A stretch of DNA of 64,000 nucleotides from Paraspadella gotoi (taxonomy: Eukaryota; Animalia; Chaetognatha), in the NCBI GenBank assembly GCA_051294375.1, contig CM119265.1, positions 1,490,654-1,554,653 on the forward strand. Direction: 5' to 3'. Position 1 is the stretch's first letter. Each line of letters begins with the position of its first letter. Made by a program: the position numbers and the translations under genes. This document shows, piece after piece, positions 50,807-64,000 of the stretch. The notes under the pieces are model-generated. The model had not been told where the DNA came from, made no database searches, and worked only from the letters and a program-made list of their open reading frames with translations.

Positions 50807-51338
50807 GTGACTAGAGAGAAGCAAATCGTGGTTACTCTTTACTGTATAATGTATAAAAGTCAACGAATATTGTTAACAGTATGTGTAATTGTTCAAACCA
50901 TACTACATAGTCGGGGAGGATCATATATAGTACCGGGTGATCCTGACTTTCCGGTGACATAAAACTGAGACGAAACGTTAGAAGAGAAAAAAACAATGAG
51001 AATATTAAATCTCTTTGAATTTAAAATATATATTTTTCGCTGTTAAATTGTTCATTTGTTTTTAAATTGCCCACCGTTGCTGCGGGCGAATCGAGAGAAG
51101 GAAAAAGAGAGAAAAGGAAAAAGAGAATTTTAAAAATGGATTTGATTTATTTCTAAAAATCTAAACTAATGGAGGGAAACTGGAATGAAGGGTTGTCTTG
51201 TTAGTCAGTTTTACAATGGTGATTTGAGAGAGAGACAGAGAGAGAGGAGAGAGAGAGAGAGACGAGAGATAGGGTTAAAGTCGAACTATGAATTCGAATC
51301 CTAATCTCTATCTCTCTCTCTCTCTCCTCTCTCCTCTC

Positions 51339-51376
<38 letters not shown>

Positions 51377-51494
51377 ACCCCGATGGTAGTGGGTAATGAA
51401 TCAAATTATAGTCGCGTCTGTTTGTAATAACGACTTCGATCGAACAGATGATCCTTTTATTATTTTCCCTTCTTATCCCTTACCATTTTCACTC

Positions 51495-51696
51495 GGCTCT
51501 ATTTTCCCTGAATTTGGTTAGTGATAAGAATTAGGCGAGTTATTAAAGTTAAGAATTATGGTTTAAGGTTTAGGATTAGCTTAGGGTTTGGGATTAGGGT
51601 TATAAGTTTAAGAACATATATAGGTTAAGTATTACAGTTAAAATTAAATTCTGGTATAAAGGAACAGAAATGGGGCGCTCTGGGAAAAGAGCGCCC
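51495..51696. mobile_element. MITE-like element of the same family (TTAGGG-like core on + strand)
   Basis: Starts ggctctattttccctga and ends aaatggggcgctctgggaaaagagcgccc. Interior ttagggtttgggattaggg. Confidence 0.55.
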
Positions 51697-53375
51697 TTCT
51701 TTTTTTTTCTTCCTCTTTATCTTCCTCTATATCATCATCCTTATCATCGTCATTATCATCAACATCATCGTCATTATCATCATCAGCATCATCATAATCG
51801 TCATCATCATCATTATCAACATCATAATCATCATCATCAACATCATCATCATCATTAACGATTCAACATAATCATAATCAATCATCATCGTCATCATCGT
51901 CATCATCAACATCATTTTTTAGTTAATAGTTAGTTAAGTTAAGATACTGTAATACTAATATTAAACATTCACCTTAGCCTTTTTCGATGTTTCTTTAAAT
52001 GTAAAAATATTTAATCAAAGTTTGAAAATAATTTCATCAACGATTTTATTTATTTTCAAACTTTTTGTTAAATCTCTACACTCAACGAAGCTGAAAGGAT
52101 TAATACAATGTAAAAATAATAATTTATTTTTTTTTTAAAAAGATTAATTAATTAAAAACTCGATGAAAACCATTAAAACAGACTTTCTACGTTTAATAAA
52201 AACATAATAAAAATTCTTACATTTTTTTTTCAACTAGAAACCGATTTTTCCCCGAATTTCTTTTTCACCTAAATTTTTTTTCCAGTTTTCTTTTTCATTT
52301 CCACGAACTCACTTTTGTCATTCGCACCAAACCTTTAAGGTCGTATTTTTTAAAAGCGACTCTTTTTAGCATAAATTATTTTATTAGTTTTAAAAATTAA
52401 GTTTAGGGATTAATAAACAAAAATGGGTCACATTCGGAAAATAAAGCCGCCTTTCCTTTTGTCACTCACACTCAAACTTACCTTTGTCACTTTCCCTCAG
52501 CATTATTCTTCATTCAATCAAATTTCATATCTTCCTCACATTTGATTCCTCAATTTCTCTTCTCCTTTTTTTCCTTTTTTTCTCTTCTTTTTAGGTCTGA
52601 CTTTCTTTTTTTTTTTCACTCTTCTTCTTTATTAACATTTTTTTTCCTTCTATACCTCTTTTCCCTTCCTTTCCATTTCCCTTCTCATCTCTCTTNNNNN
52701 NNNNNNNNNNNNNNNNNNNNNNNNNNNNNNNNNNNNNNNNNNNNNNNNNNNNNNNNNNNNNNNNNNNNNNNNNNNNNNNNNNNNNNNNNNNNNNNNNNNN
52801 NNNNNNNNNNNNNNNNNNNNNNNNNNNNNNNNNNNNNNNNNNNNNNNNNNNNNNNNNNNNNNNNNNNNNNNNNNNNNNNNNNNNNNNNNNNNNNNNNNNN
52901 NNNNNNNNNNNNNNNNNNNNNNNNNNNNNNNNNNNNNNNNNNNNNNNNNNNNNNNNNNNNNNNNNNNNNNNNNNNNNNNNNNNNNNNNNNTATATTCTAT
53001 TTTTTTTTCCATTTCCCCCTTTCCATTTCTCACTTATTCCCTCTTCCCTTTTCATTTTCTTCCCTCTTCCCCTCTTTCATTTCCCTTTTCCCCTTTTCTT
53101 TTCAGTTCCCTTTCTCATTTTTGTTTCCCCTTCCATTTCCATTTTCCCTTCCTTTATTCCTTCCCTTTCGATTTCTTTCCTCTTTTTTCAATTCTTTCTT
53201 TCCTTTCCTTCCTTTTTCTCTCCTTTCTTTTTTTCCTTTCCTCTCTTTCCTTCCTTTTCCCCTTTCCATTTTCATTTTCCCTTTCCCCCTTTTTCCTCCC
53301 CCTCAATCCAATTCCAGATCAACTTTTGCCGACGGCGACGATGAATTATTCATTTTTCTCTTCTACCCTGCAAAG

Positions 53376-53417
<42 letters not shown>

Positions 53418-53562
53418 CTCTTCTCTCTCTCTCTCTGCCTACCTTCTTTAAAAACGGTTTTTTTTCCAGTCTCAACTGACTCGTTTCGCTAGGAGGGTTG
53501 TGCCTTTGGTTTATGACAACATCTTATTCGCTTTGCTACTTTTTTTTCCCTCTCTACTCTCC

Positions 53563-53602
<40 letters not shown>

Positions 53603-53835
53603 CTCTCTCCTATATTTCTCTCTCTCTCACTCCTTCAATCACAACACAAACTAAGGTGTGCTCCCTCTCTATCAAGGCCACTCTCTCCCCTCGATCCTAA
53701 AAATTGGTCGTAATTGCAGATTCCATTTCTTGTGAATTTGTGTTCAACACTCTTGAGATGAAATCTGCAAACCTATTTTCCTCGTTTCAGCGCGGCGAGC
53801 GCTTGAGAGCGGAGACCGACTCTGCAAGAATCAAA

Positions 53836-54153
53836 GTCTTATATTCTCAGAACGCCCCATTTTATCTTAATTAAAGAATTAGATTAAAGGTTAGCTAAAA
53901 GGATTAGGCTCAGGGACTTGCCTTGGGAATAGGATTAGGGATTTTGTTTATTAGTTAAAAAAACATATTTACGTTAAATAAATGCTTTTGTAAAAAATAA
54001 AATTTGTTGCAAAAAATAAATCAAACTTTGTTAATCTCTCAAACAACGAAAAAAGAAAGGATAATTACCATGAAGATGTTAAATATTAAAAAATTAAAAT
54101 TTAATTCTGAGGGGTAAACCGAAGAGAAATGGGGCACTCTCAGAAATAGAGCC
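53836..54153. mobile_element. MITE-like element of the same family
   Basis: Left end gtcttatattctcagaacgccccattt versus reverse-complemented right end ggctctatttctgagagtgccccattt (19/27 by eye). Interior has degenerate ttaggg. Confidence 0.6.
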
Positions 54154-54314
54154 ACATGTAAAATGTTTATGATCCAAAAACTCAACTGATATTCCTAACC
54201 TTTTTCACCTCAAACATTATTTATCTCACCTGAGATAAAATTATGTTTTAAAGTTTTCTCCTCTATGTTTTCAAATAGCAAGTCGCCACAGTCTTTCTGC
54301 CCATTACTTATCTC

Positions 54315-54371
<57 letters not shown>

Positions 54372-54450
54372 ACTCTCTCTCTCTCGTATTGCCTCTGTTC
54401 CAAAACGCCGGTGGCGACTTCCTCTTCCGAGTCGTAGTAACCTTTTTTTA

Positions 54451-54692
54451 TCGTCGTTGTCGTCGTTGTCGTCGTCTTCATCTTTGTCGTCGTCTTTGTC
54501 GTTTTCGTCCTCATCCTCTTCTTTGTCTTTTGTCTTTGTCTTTGTCGTCCTCGTAATCCTCGTCGTCGTCGTCATCATCTTTGTCCTCTTTGTCGTCGTC
54601 GTCGTTTTCGTTGTCGTCGTCTTCATCTTTGTCCTCTTTGTCGTCGTCGTCGTCGTTTTCGTCGTCTTCATCTTTGTCCTCTTTGTCGTCGT
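54451..54692. repeat. Degenerate (GTC)n/(GAC)n repeat with higher-order units
   Basis: Direct inspection. Similar GAC tracts at 5405-5600, 43930-44028, 50073-50195, 61130-61165 and 61500-61536. Confidence 0.9.
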
Positions 54693-55101
54693 CTCCTTTG
54701 CCCTTTTCTCTCTTACTCGTTTCCGTGAAAGGACGTGATATCATTTCCGGAGGCAGAAGAGGAAGAGGGAGAGATGGAGAGAGGGAGGAGGGAGGAAGAG
54801 AGAGAGGAGGAGAGGGAAGGGGAGAGGGAGAGGAGTAGAGGGAGGAGGAGAGGGAGAGAGAGAGAGAAGAGGAGAGGGAGGAGAAAAGAGAGGAGGTGAG
54901 GGGAAGAGAGAGAGGAGGTGAGGGAGGAGATAGAGCAGAGAGAAGAAAAAAGGGAGGCGGAGAGAGAGGAGGAGGAGAGAGAGGGGACAGGAGTATAGAG
55001 GAAGAGGAGGGTGTAGACTAAGGAAAGAAGGTTAAAAAGAGAAAGGTAAGTGGAAAGTATGAAAGTAAAAGATGAACGAGAGAGAGAGAGAGAGAGCAGA
55101 G

Positions 55102-55133
<32 letters not shown>

Positions 55134-57015
55134 CTAGAAGTTGACTGGAGAACGATGGGGTGACAATGAAATAGAGGAGGAAGGAGAGAAAGATGGCGTT
55201 TGGGGCACTGATGGCGCATATTGTGGCATTGGGGCAGTTGGCATTCGGGCATACAGCGGAGAAAGTTGTATTGGCGGTGAATAATGATTTAAAAAATGAA
55301 AAAGAGATTTTAGAATGCCGTTTTTTTTCCCTTTCTCTTCTCTTCTTTTCTTTCTTTCTTTCATGTCTCTCACTTCATTAATTTATTTCTCTTCTCTTCT
55401 CTTCTCTTTTTTTCGTCTAAATATCAAGAGCTTTCGTCCTAAAACCCAGAGGAATCGAAAGACATCCCATCATATCTTTGATTATTCCTGAATGTCTTTG
55501 TGACTCTCTCTTCTCCCTCTCTCTCTCTCTCCCTCTCTCCTCTCTCTTCTCTCTTCTCTCCCTTTTTTCTCTCTATAATCTTTTTTTCCCGTCTTTCCCG
55601 CATTAATGGGATCTCCTCCTCCTCTTCTCCCTTCTCTTCATCCTTCCTTCTACCTCTCCTCCCGCCCCTTCTCCCTTTCTCCCCTTCTCTCACTCTCCTT
55701 CCCTTCTCCCTCCTCCTCTTTTTTCCCTCTTTCCTTTTCTCTCTCTCTCTACTCCCCTCTTCTTCTCTCACCTCTCCCCTCTCCTTCTCCTCCCCTTCTC
55801 CCTCTCTCCTTCCCCTCTCCTCTCTCCTCCCTCTCTCTCCTCCTCTCTTTTCCAACTCTCCCTGTTCCTCCCCTTCTCCCTCTGTCCTCCCCTTCTCCTC
55901 CCCTCTTCTCCCTCCCCTCCATTTAATGAGATTTATCCCTCTCCTCCCTTCTCCCTCTCTCCCCCTCTACTTCTCTCTCCCTCTTCTTCCTGTCTCCTCC
56001 CCCTCTCCTTCTCTCTTCTCTTCCTCTCTCTCTCTCTCCTCTCCTTCTCCCCCTCTTTCTCTCCCCTCTCCTCTCTCCCCTCCTCTTCTCTCCTCCTCTC
56101 TCCTCCCTTCTGTCCTCTCCCTCCCTTCTTCCTCTCTTCTCCTCCCTCTCCTTTCCCTTCCATTTAATGAGATCCCTGGCGCCAAAACTTCGTTTCGTTT
56201 GACTCTAATCCTTTGAGTTTTCGTTTCTCCGTCCGAGATTTTTTTTTTTACATTCGACGTCTGCTTTTCAAACTGGCGTCGAGTTGGGAAGAAAGCAAGG
56301 TGAAGATAAAGGTTATGAGTTCGAGCCTCCTTCCCGAGTTTTTAATTAGTCCTTTTTTTATAGTTAGGCTCCTGAACAGTGTAATTATTTGCAAATGAAG
56401 AATTGTCTCAAAAAGATTTAAAATAATGAGATAAATAATGTATATTACAAATGGAAAAACCACGCCTACTGTAAGGTGATCAGGGTAAAGTTTTCAGGCT
56501 AATTTTTTCAACACAATTTTTTATACTCGAATGCTACATTTAATTATAATAAACAACAACAACAACAACAACGTTCACCATTCATTCTCATCACTTTCTT
56601 GTTCTCGCAATTTAATATTTTATTTACTCTTTTATTTTATATTTTAGTAAATTATATTTTCATCTGTACATGGGGATTTATTGTTTTCATTCAAATTCCT
56701 TAAATTCTTCAAGTGAATTTAAGTTGATTCTTTTTCTCTTTCTCTTTTTCCACGATGACGACGACGACGACGATGACGACGACGACAGCAACCTTTTTCA
56801 CTTTTCATCTCCATCGCTGTCATCTTTATCGTTGTCAGCATCCTGATATCTTCGTCCTCGCTATCATTCTTTTTGTTATCATCATTAATCGTCGTCTTTG
56901 TCATCGTCTTTATCATCGTCTTTGTCATCATCGGCTTCGTCGTTATCAACATCTACCATCATCATCTTTTTACGCCCTTGAAGCGGGTCAGTTACGGTGC
57001 TGTGGTTCGCGGACA

Positions 57016-57126
<111 letters not shown>

Positions 57127-57370
57127 CCATGCATGAGATGAAGAGGAGAGTATCTTGCCCATAATTATGTCATTATGGATTTTTCCTCCAACCTTCAGTC
57201 AAGACTCAAGATATCAACAGTTATTTTCAGTTACTGTTAGCAAAGGGCTATTACTTTTCCTACTCAAAAATATATAATTAAAATAAATATTGACATTAAA
57301 ATTAGTATTTCCTTTTGTCAATAGTTTCCTGTATTTATGTTTATTTTCCTTGGGTTTTCGTATATTCTTG

Positions 57371-57445
<75 letters not shown>

Positions 57446-57579
57446 AATGTTACTCGAGGGACACAATTCCAAGGAACAAACAATTTCTTTTACCTGAGAT
57501 TTATCAGTTATAAAGCTTTAGGCGAAACTCTTTCACTCTTTTTCTTTCTTTCTTTCTTTATTTCTTTTCTTTTTTTCTT

Positions 57580-57795
57580 TTTCCTTTCTCTCCTTTTCTC
57601 CTCTTTTTCTTTCTTTCTATATTTCTTTCCTTCTTTTTTTTTCCTTTCTCTCCTTTTCTCCTCTTTTTCTTTCTTTCTATATTTCTTTCTTTCTTTTTTA
57701 TTTTTCCTTTCTCTCCTTTTCTCCTCTTTTTCTTTCTTTCTTTATTTCTCTCCTTCTTCTTTGTACCTTTTCCTTTCTCTCCTTTTCTCCTCTTT
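57580..57795. repeat. ~60-bp pyrimidine-rich tandem repeat x4
   Basis: ttcctttctctccttttctcctctttttctttctttctatatttc recurs four times. Confidence 0.75.
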
Positions 57796-58871
57796 CTTTT
57801 CTCTCTCTCACCGACACGTTTTTCCACTTAACTTTTCATTCTTAAGTTTCGTCATATTTTTTTCGTGTTTCTCTTTTCTTTTTTCTCCCATCCTCCCTTC
57901 CTAGCTTCCTGTCCCTTTTCCTCCTGCTCCTCCACCTCCTCCTTTTCCTCCTTCTCTTCATCCTCCTCTTTCATCTCCTCCTTCCACTTCTAGTTAAACC
58001 CTATTTTCAGACATGAATCCACTATTGCTTAAATTAGTATTCATAATTATATCAATTTATATTTTTCAACTTTGTAAAAATTGGTTATATTTTTTACAAG
58101 ATTTTAGGAATTAAGTTCAAGATGATGTTTAGGGATTTAAAAAAAAACATATCTAAAAAAATAATTTTTTTATACAAAATTTTAAATGGTCAATTTTTTT
58201 TACATTGCTTTACCTCCCTCCGCTTACCCTCCTTTTTCCTCAATTCGCGAGACAGACAAATATCACTTATATTTCTACTGTTATTGTATTGATTAAAATT
58301 AAAAAGACTAAAGATTCTCATTAAGCGTCTCTCAATCTCTTTACATTCTTTAAACAATCGTTTTCACTTTCTTACTCTTCTCACACCTTCGTTCACACGC
58401 AGCACCCTATCACACACAGATTCTTACCTTTTTACTTTCATCTTAGCTCCCCCTCCTTTCCCCTCCTCTTCATCCTCTTCCTCCTCCTCTTCTCTCCTCC
58501 TCTCTCCATCCTCTTCTTCATCCTCCTCTTCCTCCTCCTCTTCCTCCTCCTCTCCTCCAATGCATTTCAATTATCAGAATCAGAAATTCCTTTTTGTCCC
58601 GTGAGTAGAGAAGGAGAGCGGGAGGAAGGGGAGAGCGAGAGGGAAGAGATAGAGAGCAGGAAGAGTGGAACGTAAAGAGGGTGAGAGAAGGGAGAATATA
58701 TCTCTCAAGGAGAAAAAAGATGAGGGAGATTTTTTGTTGGAAAATTTCATAGCGTCATCCATTTTTAATTTCGAAAAGTGGTTCCCATATCTTCCTATTC
58801 TCTCTCTCTCTCTCTTTGAACTCTGTCTCTGCTATCTCTCTCCTCTTGATTCAGTCTCCTCTCTCTCTCTC

Positions 58872-58925
<54 letters not shown>

Positions 58926-60105
58926 CTCAGATGGCATTTAACTTTGTCTCGCTCTCTCTGGCACGCTGTCTCTCTTTCTTCTCTCCATTCCTAACTCATT
59001 TGACTCCGCGTCCTCTCTCTCTCTCCTCCTCACTCTCCCTCTCTCTCTCTCTCCTCTCTCTCTCTTCTCTCCCTTCCTTCTCTCTCTTTCTCTCCTCTCT
59101 CTTTCTCTTCCTCTCCCTCTCTCCCTCTCTCTCTCTCTCCCTCTTCCTCCTCTCCCTTCTCTCATCTCCTCTTTCCAATCACACAAAAAACACACCAACA
59201 CACAAGCAGGAGCCAAAACAAAAAAATAACAACAACAAAACACAAAAAACACACAAACGGGTTTACTTAAATACTTTCCGCTGCTTCTCTTCCGCTTCGA
59301 GAAATCGCAACTCAACCGAGCCTCTTTCCAAAGGCTGTCGTCTTTCTGTCTTTTTCTCTTTCTTTCTCTCTTTCTTTTTTAACTTTTCTCTTTCTTTCTT
59401 TCTTTTCTTTCTTTCTTTCTTTCTTTCTTTCTTACTTTCTTTTTTTCTTTCTTTCTATCTTTTTCTCTTTCTTTTTTCCTTTTTTAAGTTTTTTTTTTTA
59501 ATATCTTTTTAGCTCTTTTTTAGCTCTTTTTTATAAATTTCTTAATATTGTCCAACTGTTTTTTTTCGTTGATTTTCCGTCGTGAAAAAGTTTCAGTCCG
59601 AAATGCCAAGTTTTATACGAAAAGGAAAATGACAAATATTTATATTAAAGCGTAAAGAAGCAATGTTAATGTTAATGTTAATGTTAGTCACCGACAATCA
59701 GTGTCTACTATCAGTGTCTGTGATTATGTTATCGAGTCACTGTCATAATCAATATCTTTATAATAAAAATAAATAAATAAAAAAGCAAATGAAAGGAAAT
59801 GTAATTTAGATGTATCAGGTATTCAGACTTTTGTTCTTCTTCTAAGTCTAAGATACTATTTAGATTATATAAACAAAATTGTATTTTATGAAAAAAAAGA
59901 ATTTCCTTTAATATGTAAAAAATAATAATTTACCGACTAATTTAGTTCAAAGTGAACATTTCCTATTTAATCATTAACTCCGCCGTCGCTATTTGCCAAC
60001 CCACGCCGGTACAGTTTAGTCTTTAGCCGCTCCATTTATGCTATCTGCTGACCCAAAATCTTGACGCAGTCATTCATCTCGAGCGGGTGACGTCAAACTC
60101 GGTGT

Positions 60106-60191
60106 ACTCTTGTCGACCCACGCCGGTGCAATCTTGACTCCTGTCGACCCACGCCGGTGCAATCTTGACTCTTGCCGACCCACGCCGGTGC
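60106..60191. repeat. 31-bp GC-rich tandem repeat (~2.8 copies, next to a gap)
   Basis: actc(t/c)tg(t/c)cgacccacgccggtgcaatcttg repeated head to tail. An isolated partial unit is at ~59995-60012. Confidence 0.88.
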
Positions 60192-60540
60192 AGGGAGATG
60201 CAGNNNNNNNNNNNNNNNNNNNNNNNNNNNNNNNNNNNNNNNNNNNNNNNNNNNNNNNNNNNNNNNNNNNNNNNNNNNNNNNNNNNNNNNNNNNNNNNNN
60301 NNNNNNNNNNNNNNNNNNNNNNNNNNNNNNNNNNNNNNNNNNNNNNNNNNNNNNNNNNNNNNNNNNNNNNNNNNNNNNNNNNNNNNNNNNNNNNNNNNNN
60401 NNNNNNNNNNNNNNNNNNNNNNNNNNNNNNNNNNNNNNNNNNNNNNNNNNNNNNNNNNNNNNNNNNNNGTTAGTAGCTGATAGAGAGGAAGAACATCTTT
60501 ATCTTAAGCTTATCATTATTCTGTCTTCTCTCTTATTCTG

Positions 60541-60574
<34 letters not shown>

Positions 60575-61129
60575 GAGGAAGAAGAGAGAGAGAGAGTGAG
60601 AGTCGATTTTTCCCACATTTTATTTCACGGTTTCTTACTTTTTAAGTTTCGTGATATTATTATGAGAAAAAGATGGATTTTCATTTCCGGTTGAACGAAA
60701 TTAAAAAAGATAAGATTTGACTCAAATCTTTTCTTAAACGCGTCATATATTTTTTTTGTTATTTTTTTCTTTCTCTTCTCTTTTTCCTTTCTTTCACCTC
60801 TACTTTTCTTTTTTCTCTCCTCTTTTTCTCTTCTCTTTTTCCTTTCTTTCACTTTTCTTTTTTTTTCTTTTTCTCTTCTCTTTTTTCATTCTTTCGCGCT
60901 TTTTTTTCTTTTTCTCTTCTCTTTTTCCTTTCTTTCACTTTTCTTTTTTTTCCTTTATTCTCTTCTCTTTTTCCTTTCTTTCACTTTACTTATTTTTCTC
61001 TTCTCTTCTCTTTTTCCTTTCTTTCTTTTTTTTTTCCCCCTTTTTTCTCTTCTCTTTTACGACCATCTTTCTCTCTTCCGTCACTTTTTTATTGCCGTCA
61101 TTCTTGTCTCCTGTCAACTAGAAACGAAT

Positions 61130-61166
<37 letters not shown>

Positions 61167-61497
61167 TGACATTTTAGCTAAAATCCACTTTATTTCATTA
61201 CTCATAGTCATTAGTAATAGGTATTTGCAATAAAGAATAACATAGCCTCTTAGATATTATGAATTCTCATTAACGACTTTCTAACAGGAATGATGTATGA
61301 TTGTATTATATATATTAAAAAACTAAGACAGATTGTAATCTAACCTTGTGTTGTATAGATGCTCCCTCTATTTCAAGAAGACAACACTAAAAAGTACAAT
61401 TAAATAATATAGCCTTTATAAAATTGCAAATTTTCATACTAATTTTTTTACAAACGGAGGAAATAAAATAATGATCGCTATATTAAGTCTTCTTCAT

Positions 61498-61537
<40 letters not shown>

Positions 61538-62411
61538 CCCCGAGTCCAGATTGAGGAGGTGAAAAGAAAAGAAACGAAGCGAAAAAAAATCTTTTGTTTC
61601 AAACGAAAACCGGTCAAGCAATAATGGCTCTCTCTCTCTCTCGCCTCTCTCTCTACTCTCTCTCTCTTCTCTCTCTCATCTCTCTCTCATCTCTTCTCTC
61701 TCTCTCTCTCCTTCTCTCTTCCTCTCTCTCCCTGTCTCTCTCCTTTTTCTAACGCAAATTCTCTACTCTCTGCTTTCTCTTTTCTCTTTTTTTTCTTCTC
61801 TCGCTCTACTCTATATTCTTCTTCTTTCCTTCTCCCTCTCTCCCTCTCTCTCCTCTATCTCTCTCTCTCTCGCACCCTTCCCTCTCCTCTCTCTCTTTAA
61901 GCCCTCTTAAGCTTTTCGCCAACGGATTGTAAGCAAGCATTAGCTAGCAGTCGCTAGCCTCTTTGCCTTAAATGCACCAACTGCTTACCATTTTTACGGT
62001 TTTCGTCGTCATCATCGTCATTCATCATCACGTCTCTGTCTCTCTCTTCTTCTTTTCTTTCTCTTCTTCTTCTCTTCTTTCCTCCTCTCAACTCCTTTCC
62101 ATTTCAGTCAAAGGGTTATGCTCTTCCTAAAGTTGCAGCAGATTAAATTTTCCTTGAATCTCTTTCTTTGATTCAAGGGAAAGAAATTGTATTAGAGAAA
62201 GAAAGAAAGAAAGAAAGAAAGAATAAACAAGAAGAAAGGAAAGAAAGAAAGAAAAGAAAAGAAAATGAAAGAAAGAAGAAAAGAAAGAAAGAAAGAGAAA
62301 GAAAGAAAGAAATATAATTCATTTGGAAACAACCAGATGGCGTTAATATATTATTTAAAACATTAATTAAAATATTTACAATATTTAAAACGCCGCCTAT
62401 TTTATTTCCAG

Positions 62412-62615
62412 ATCCCTGAAATGTCCCAAACTCTCGACGCGCGATCGACGCAGCGTGACTACGGCGCGTGCGTCGGCGAAAGGGGGAACGCGAAATTCGG
62501 CGCCGGGAGCTTCGTTCGATTGCGGCGCGCCGGGTTTACGACTTCGCTTGTGCCAGGGAGAAAGTCGCGGCAATGCGAGGGAATGGTGTGCCGAGCGAGG
62601 AACCGGAATGTTAGA
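62412..62615 (+). CDS. Internal exon encoding a Sushi/CCP (SCR) domain; frameshifted by read noise
   Basis: GC-rich island after a pyrimidine-rich acceptor (ttttatttccag). Joining frames gives LKCPKL..(DYGACVG)..GNAKFGAG.SFDC.APG.RL..G.ESRQCEG(NGVW)..EEPEC, which matches the C-P..F.C..G..L.G...C...W...P.C Sushi pattern. The parent gene cannot be identified. Confidence 0.72.
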
Positions 62616-62635
62616 GGGAGTAGGGGATTATTTGT

Positions 62636-62945
62636 TATTTGATTGATTTGATTTGATTTTGATTTGATTTGATTGATTTGATTTGTTGATTTGATTATTT
62701 GATTGATTTGATTTGATTTGATTTCGATTTTGATTTGTGATTTTGATTTTGATTTGATTTGATTTTCTGATTTGATTTATTTAATGATTTATTGATGATT
62801 TGATTTTGATTTGACTGTTTGATTTGATTCGATTTGTGGATGGATTTAATTTTTTTATGAATTGATTTATTTATGGATTGTGATTGATGGATTATTTTAT
62901 TATAGACAGATGATGCTGTTACGGATTGATTTGATTGATTATGCG
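62636..62945. repeat. (TTGAT)n-type repeat in the intron after the Sushi exon
   Basis: Direct inspection. Confidence 0.9.
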
Positions 62946-64000
62946 TAATATTTGTCATGATATGTTTCTAAACGGGAATGGACAACGAATACTACACAAT
63001 GAATATAAATGTTAATAAATATTGAAGAGCTAAACTATTTTAAATAAATATTTTAATGCTTCAGTTTCATCTTTGAAGATGAAGGGTCGAGAGACGATTC
63101 GCCTTCTCAGGCAGAACCCACGAGAAGAAGACGTTGAGTTATTTGATTTAAAAAAAACATTGTTAAATATTTTATTAATTTAATTAGACTTGAATAAATT
63201 ATTTTCAAATGAGTTAGGGTTTTTCTTTCTTTCTTTCTTTTGCTTACTTTTTTTTTTTTTTTTTTTTTCTTTTTTTGCTGACCAAGTTTATGAATTGTCA
63301 ATATTTCATTTCCTTTTATGAATATCTATTATTCATTTACTTTATTTTCTATTAAATCTTTTTTGTTCTTTCTTTCTTTCTTTCTTTCTTTCTTGCTTTT
63401 CTTTCTTTTCTTTCTTTCTTTCTTTCTTCTTTCTTCTTTCTTTCCTTTCTCTCTTTCTCTCTTTCTTTTTTTTTAATTTTTACTCCTTTTTTAATATTTT
63501 AGCGACCTTCTTTCTTCTTCCTTCTTCTTCTACTTTATTTACACATAAGATCCTTTAGATAATTGGGAAAAATCTTGTTATCCTACTTATTAATATTCAT
63601 GATAGATTGTATATACATATATACATTTAATTTACGCTCGTTTGAGATTTAAGATTTGTGGTGGAAGTGTTCGTCAATTTTTGTTTTAATTTCGTTTAAT
63701 TTCTGGTTTTTTTTTTCTCTCTTTTTTTTTTATTTTTTTAATTTCGCAAAAAAAAATATTTTTTTTTTTTCATTTTTCGTCAAAAAATAAAACACGTGGA
63801 TTTACAATTAATTCTACAAAATATTTTATCTATTCCCACTGCACCTAATTGCAGAATATATCATATTATCATTAACCACATAATCGTACGCTCAAAAAAT
63901 AATATTAAAAAATTATTTTAAAATTAATTAAAATTAATAACAGCACATGACATTTCCGATGATACTAATTAAACATCAAATAACAATCACTTAACATCGT

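Noticed and set aside
54375-54450. Minus-strand peptide KKGYYDSEEEVATGVLEQRQYER
   Set aside because: Too short, embedded between GAC and AG repeats, with no clear splice sites or homology.
60106-60203. 31-bp repeats of CRISPR-like length
   Set aside because: The units are contiguous with no unique spacers, there are no cas genes, and the context is eukaryotic. It is a minisatellite.

Overview
This is eukaryotic (probably invertebrate animal) genomic DNA from a draft hybrid assembly. It is AT-rich and saturated with (AG)n/(CT)n, (GAC)n, (GAT)n and (AAAG)n tracts, with many N gaps. Several gaps are exactly 25 N and are flanked by indel-rich duplicates of neighbouring sequence, which looks like long-read gap filling. 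Almost all ORFs in the supplied track are translations of simple repeats. Supportable content: (1) a full-length ~7.4 kb Ty3/Gypsy LTR retrotransposon of CsRn1/Kabuki/Boudicca type (16624-24058) with LTRs, PBS, PPT, 4-bp TATT TSD and gag-PR-RT-RH-INT motifs readable through frameshifts; both LTRs carry an antisense tRNA-like A-box/B-box/T-tract unit. (2) A ~2.9 kb TIR DNA element (33935-36806) with a 4-bp TSD and a possible unidentified antisense ORF. Both insertions have an empty-site copy of the same locus nearby. (3) A ~390-bp-period tandem array (11583-13610) whose monomer also occurs dispersed. (4) A small TIR (MITE-like) family with telomere-like TTAGGG cores. (5) One recognisable host exon encoding a Sushi/CCP domain (62412-62615), plus a few weak exon candidates. 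I found no rRNA, no bona fide tRNA and no CRISPR array.
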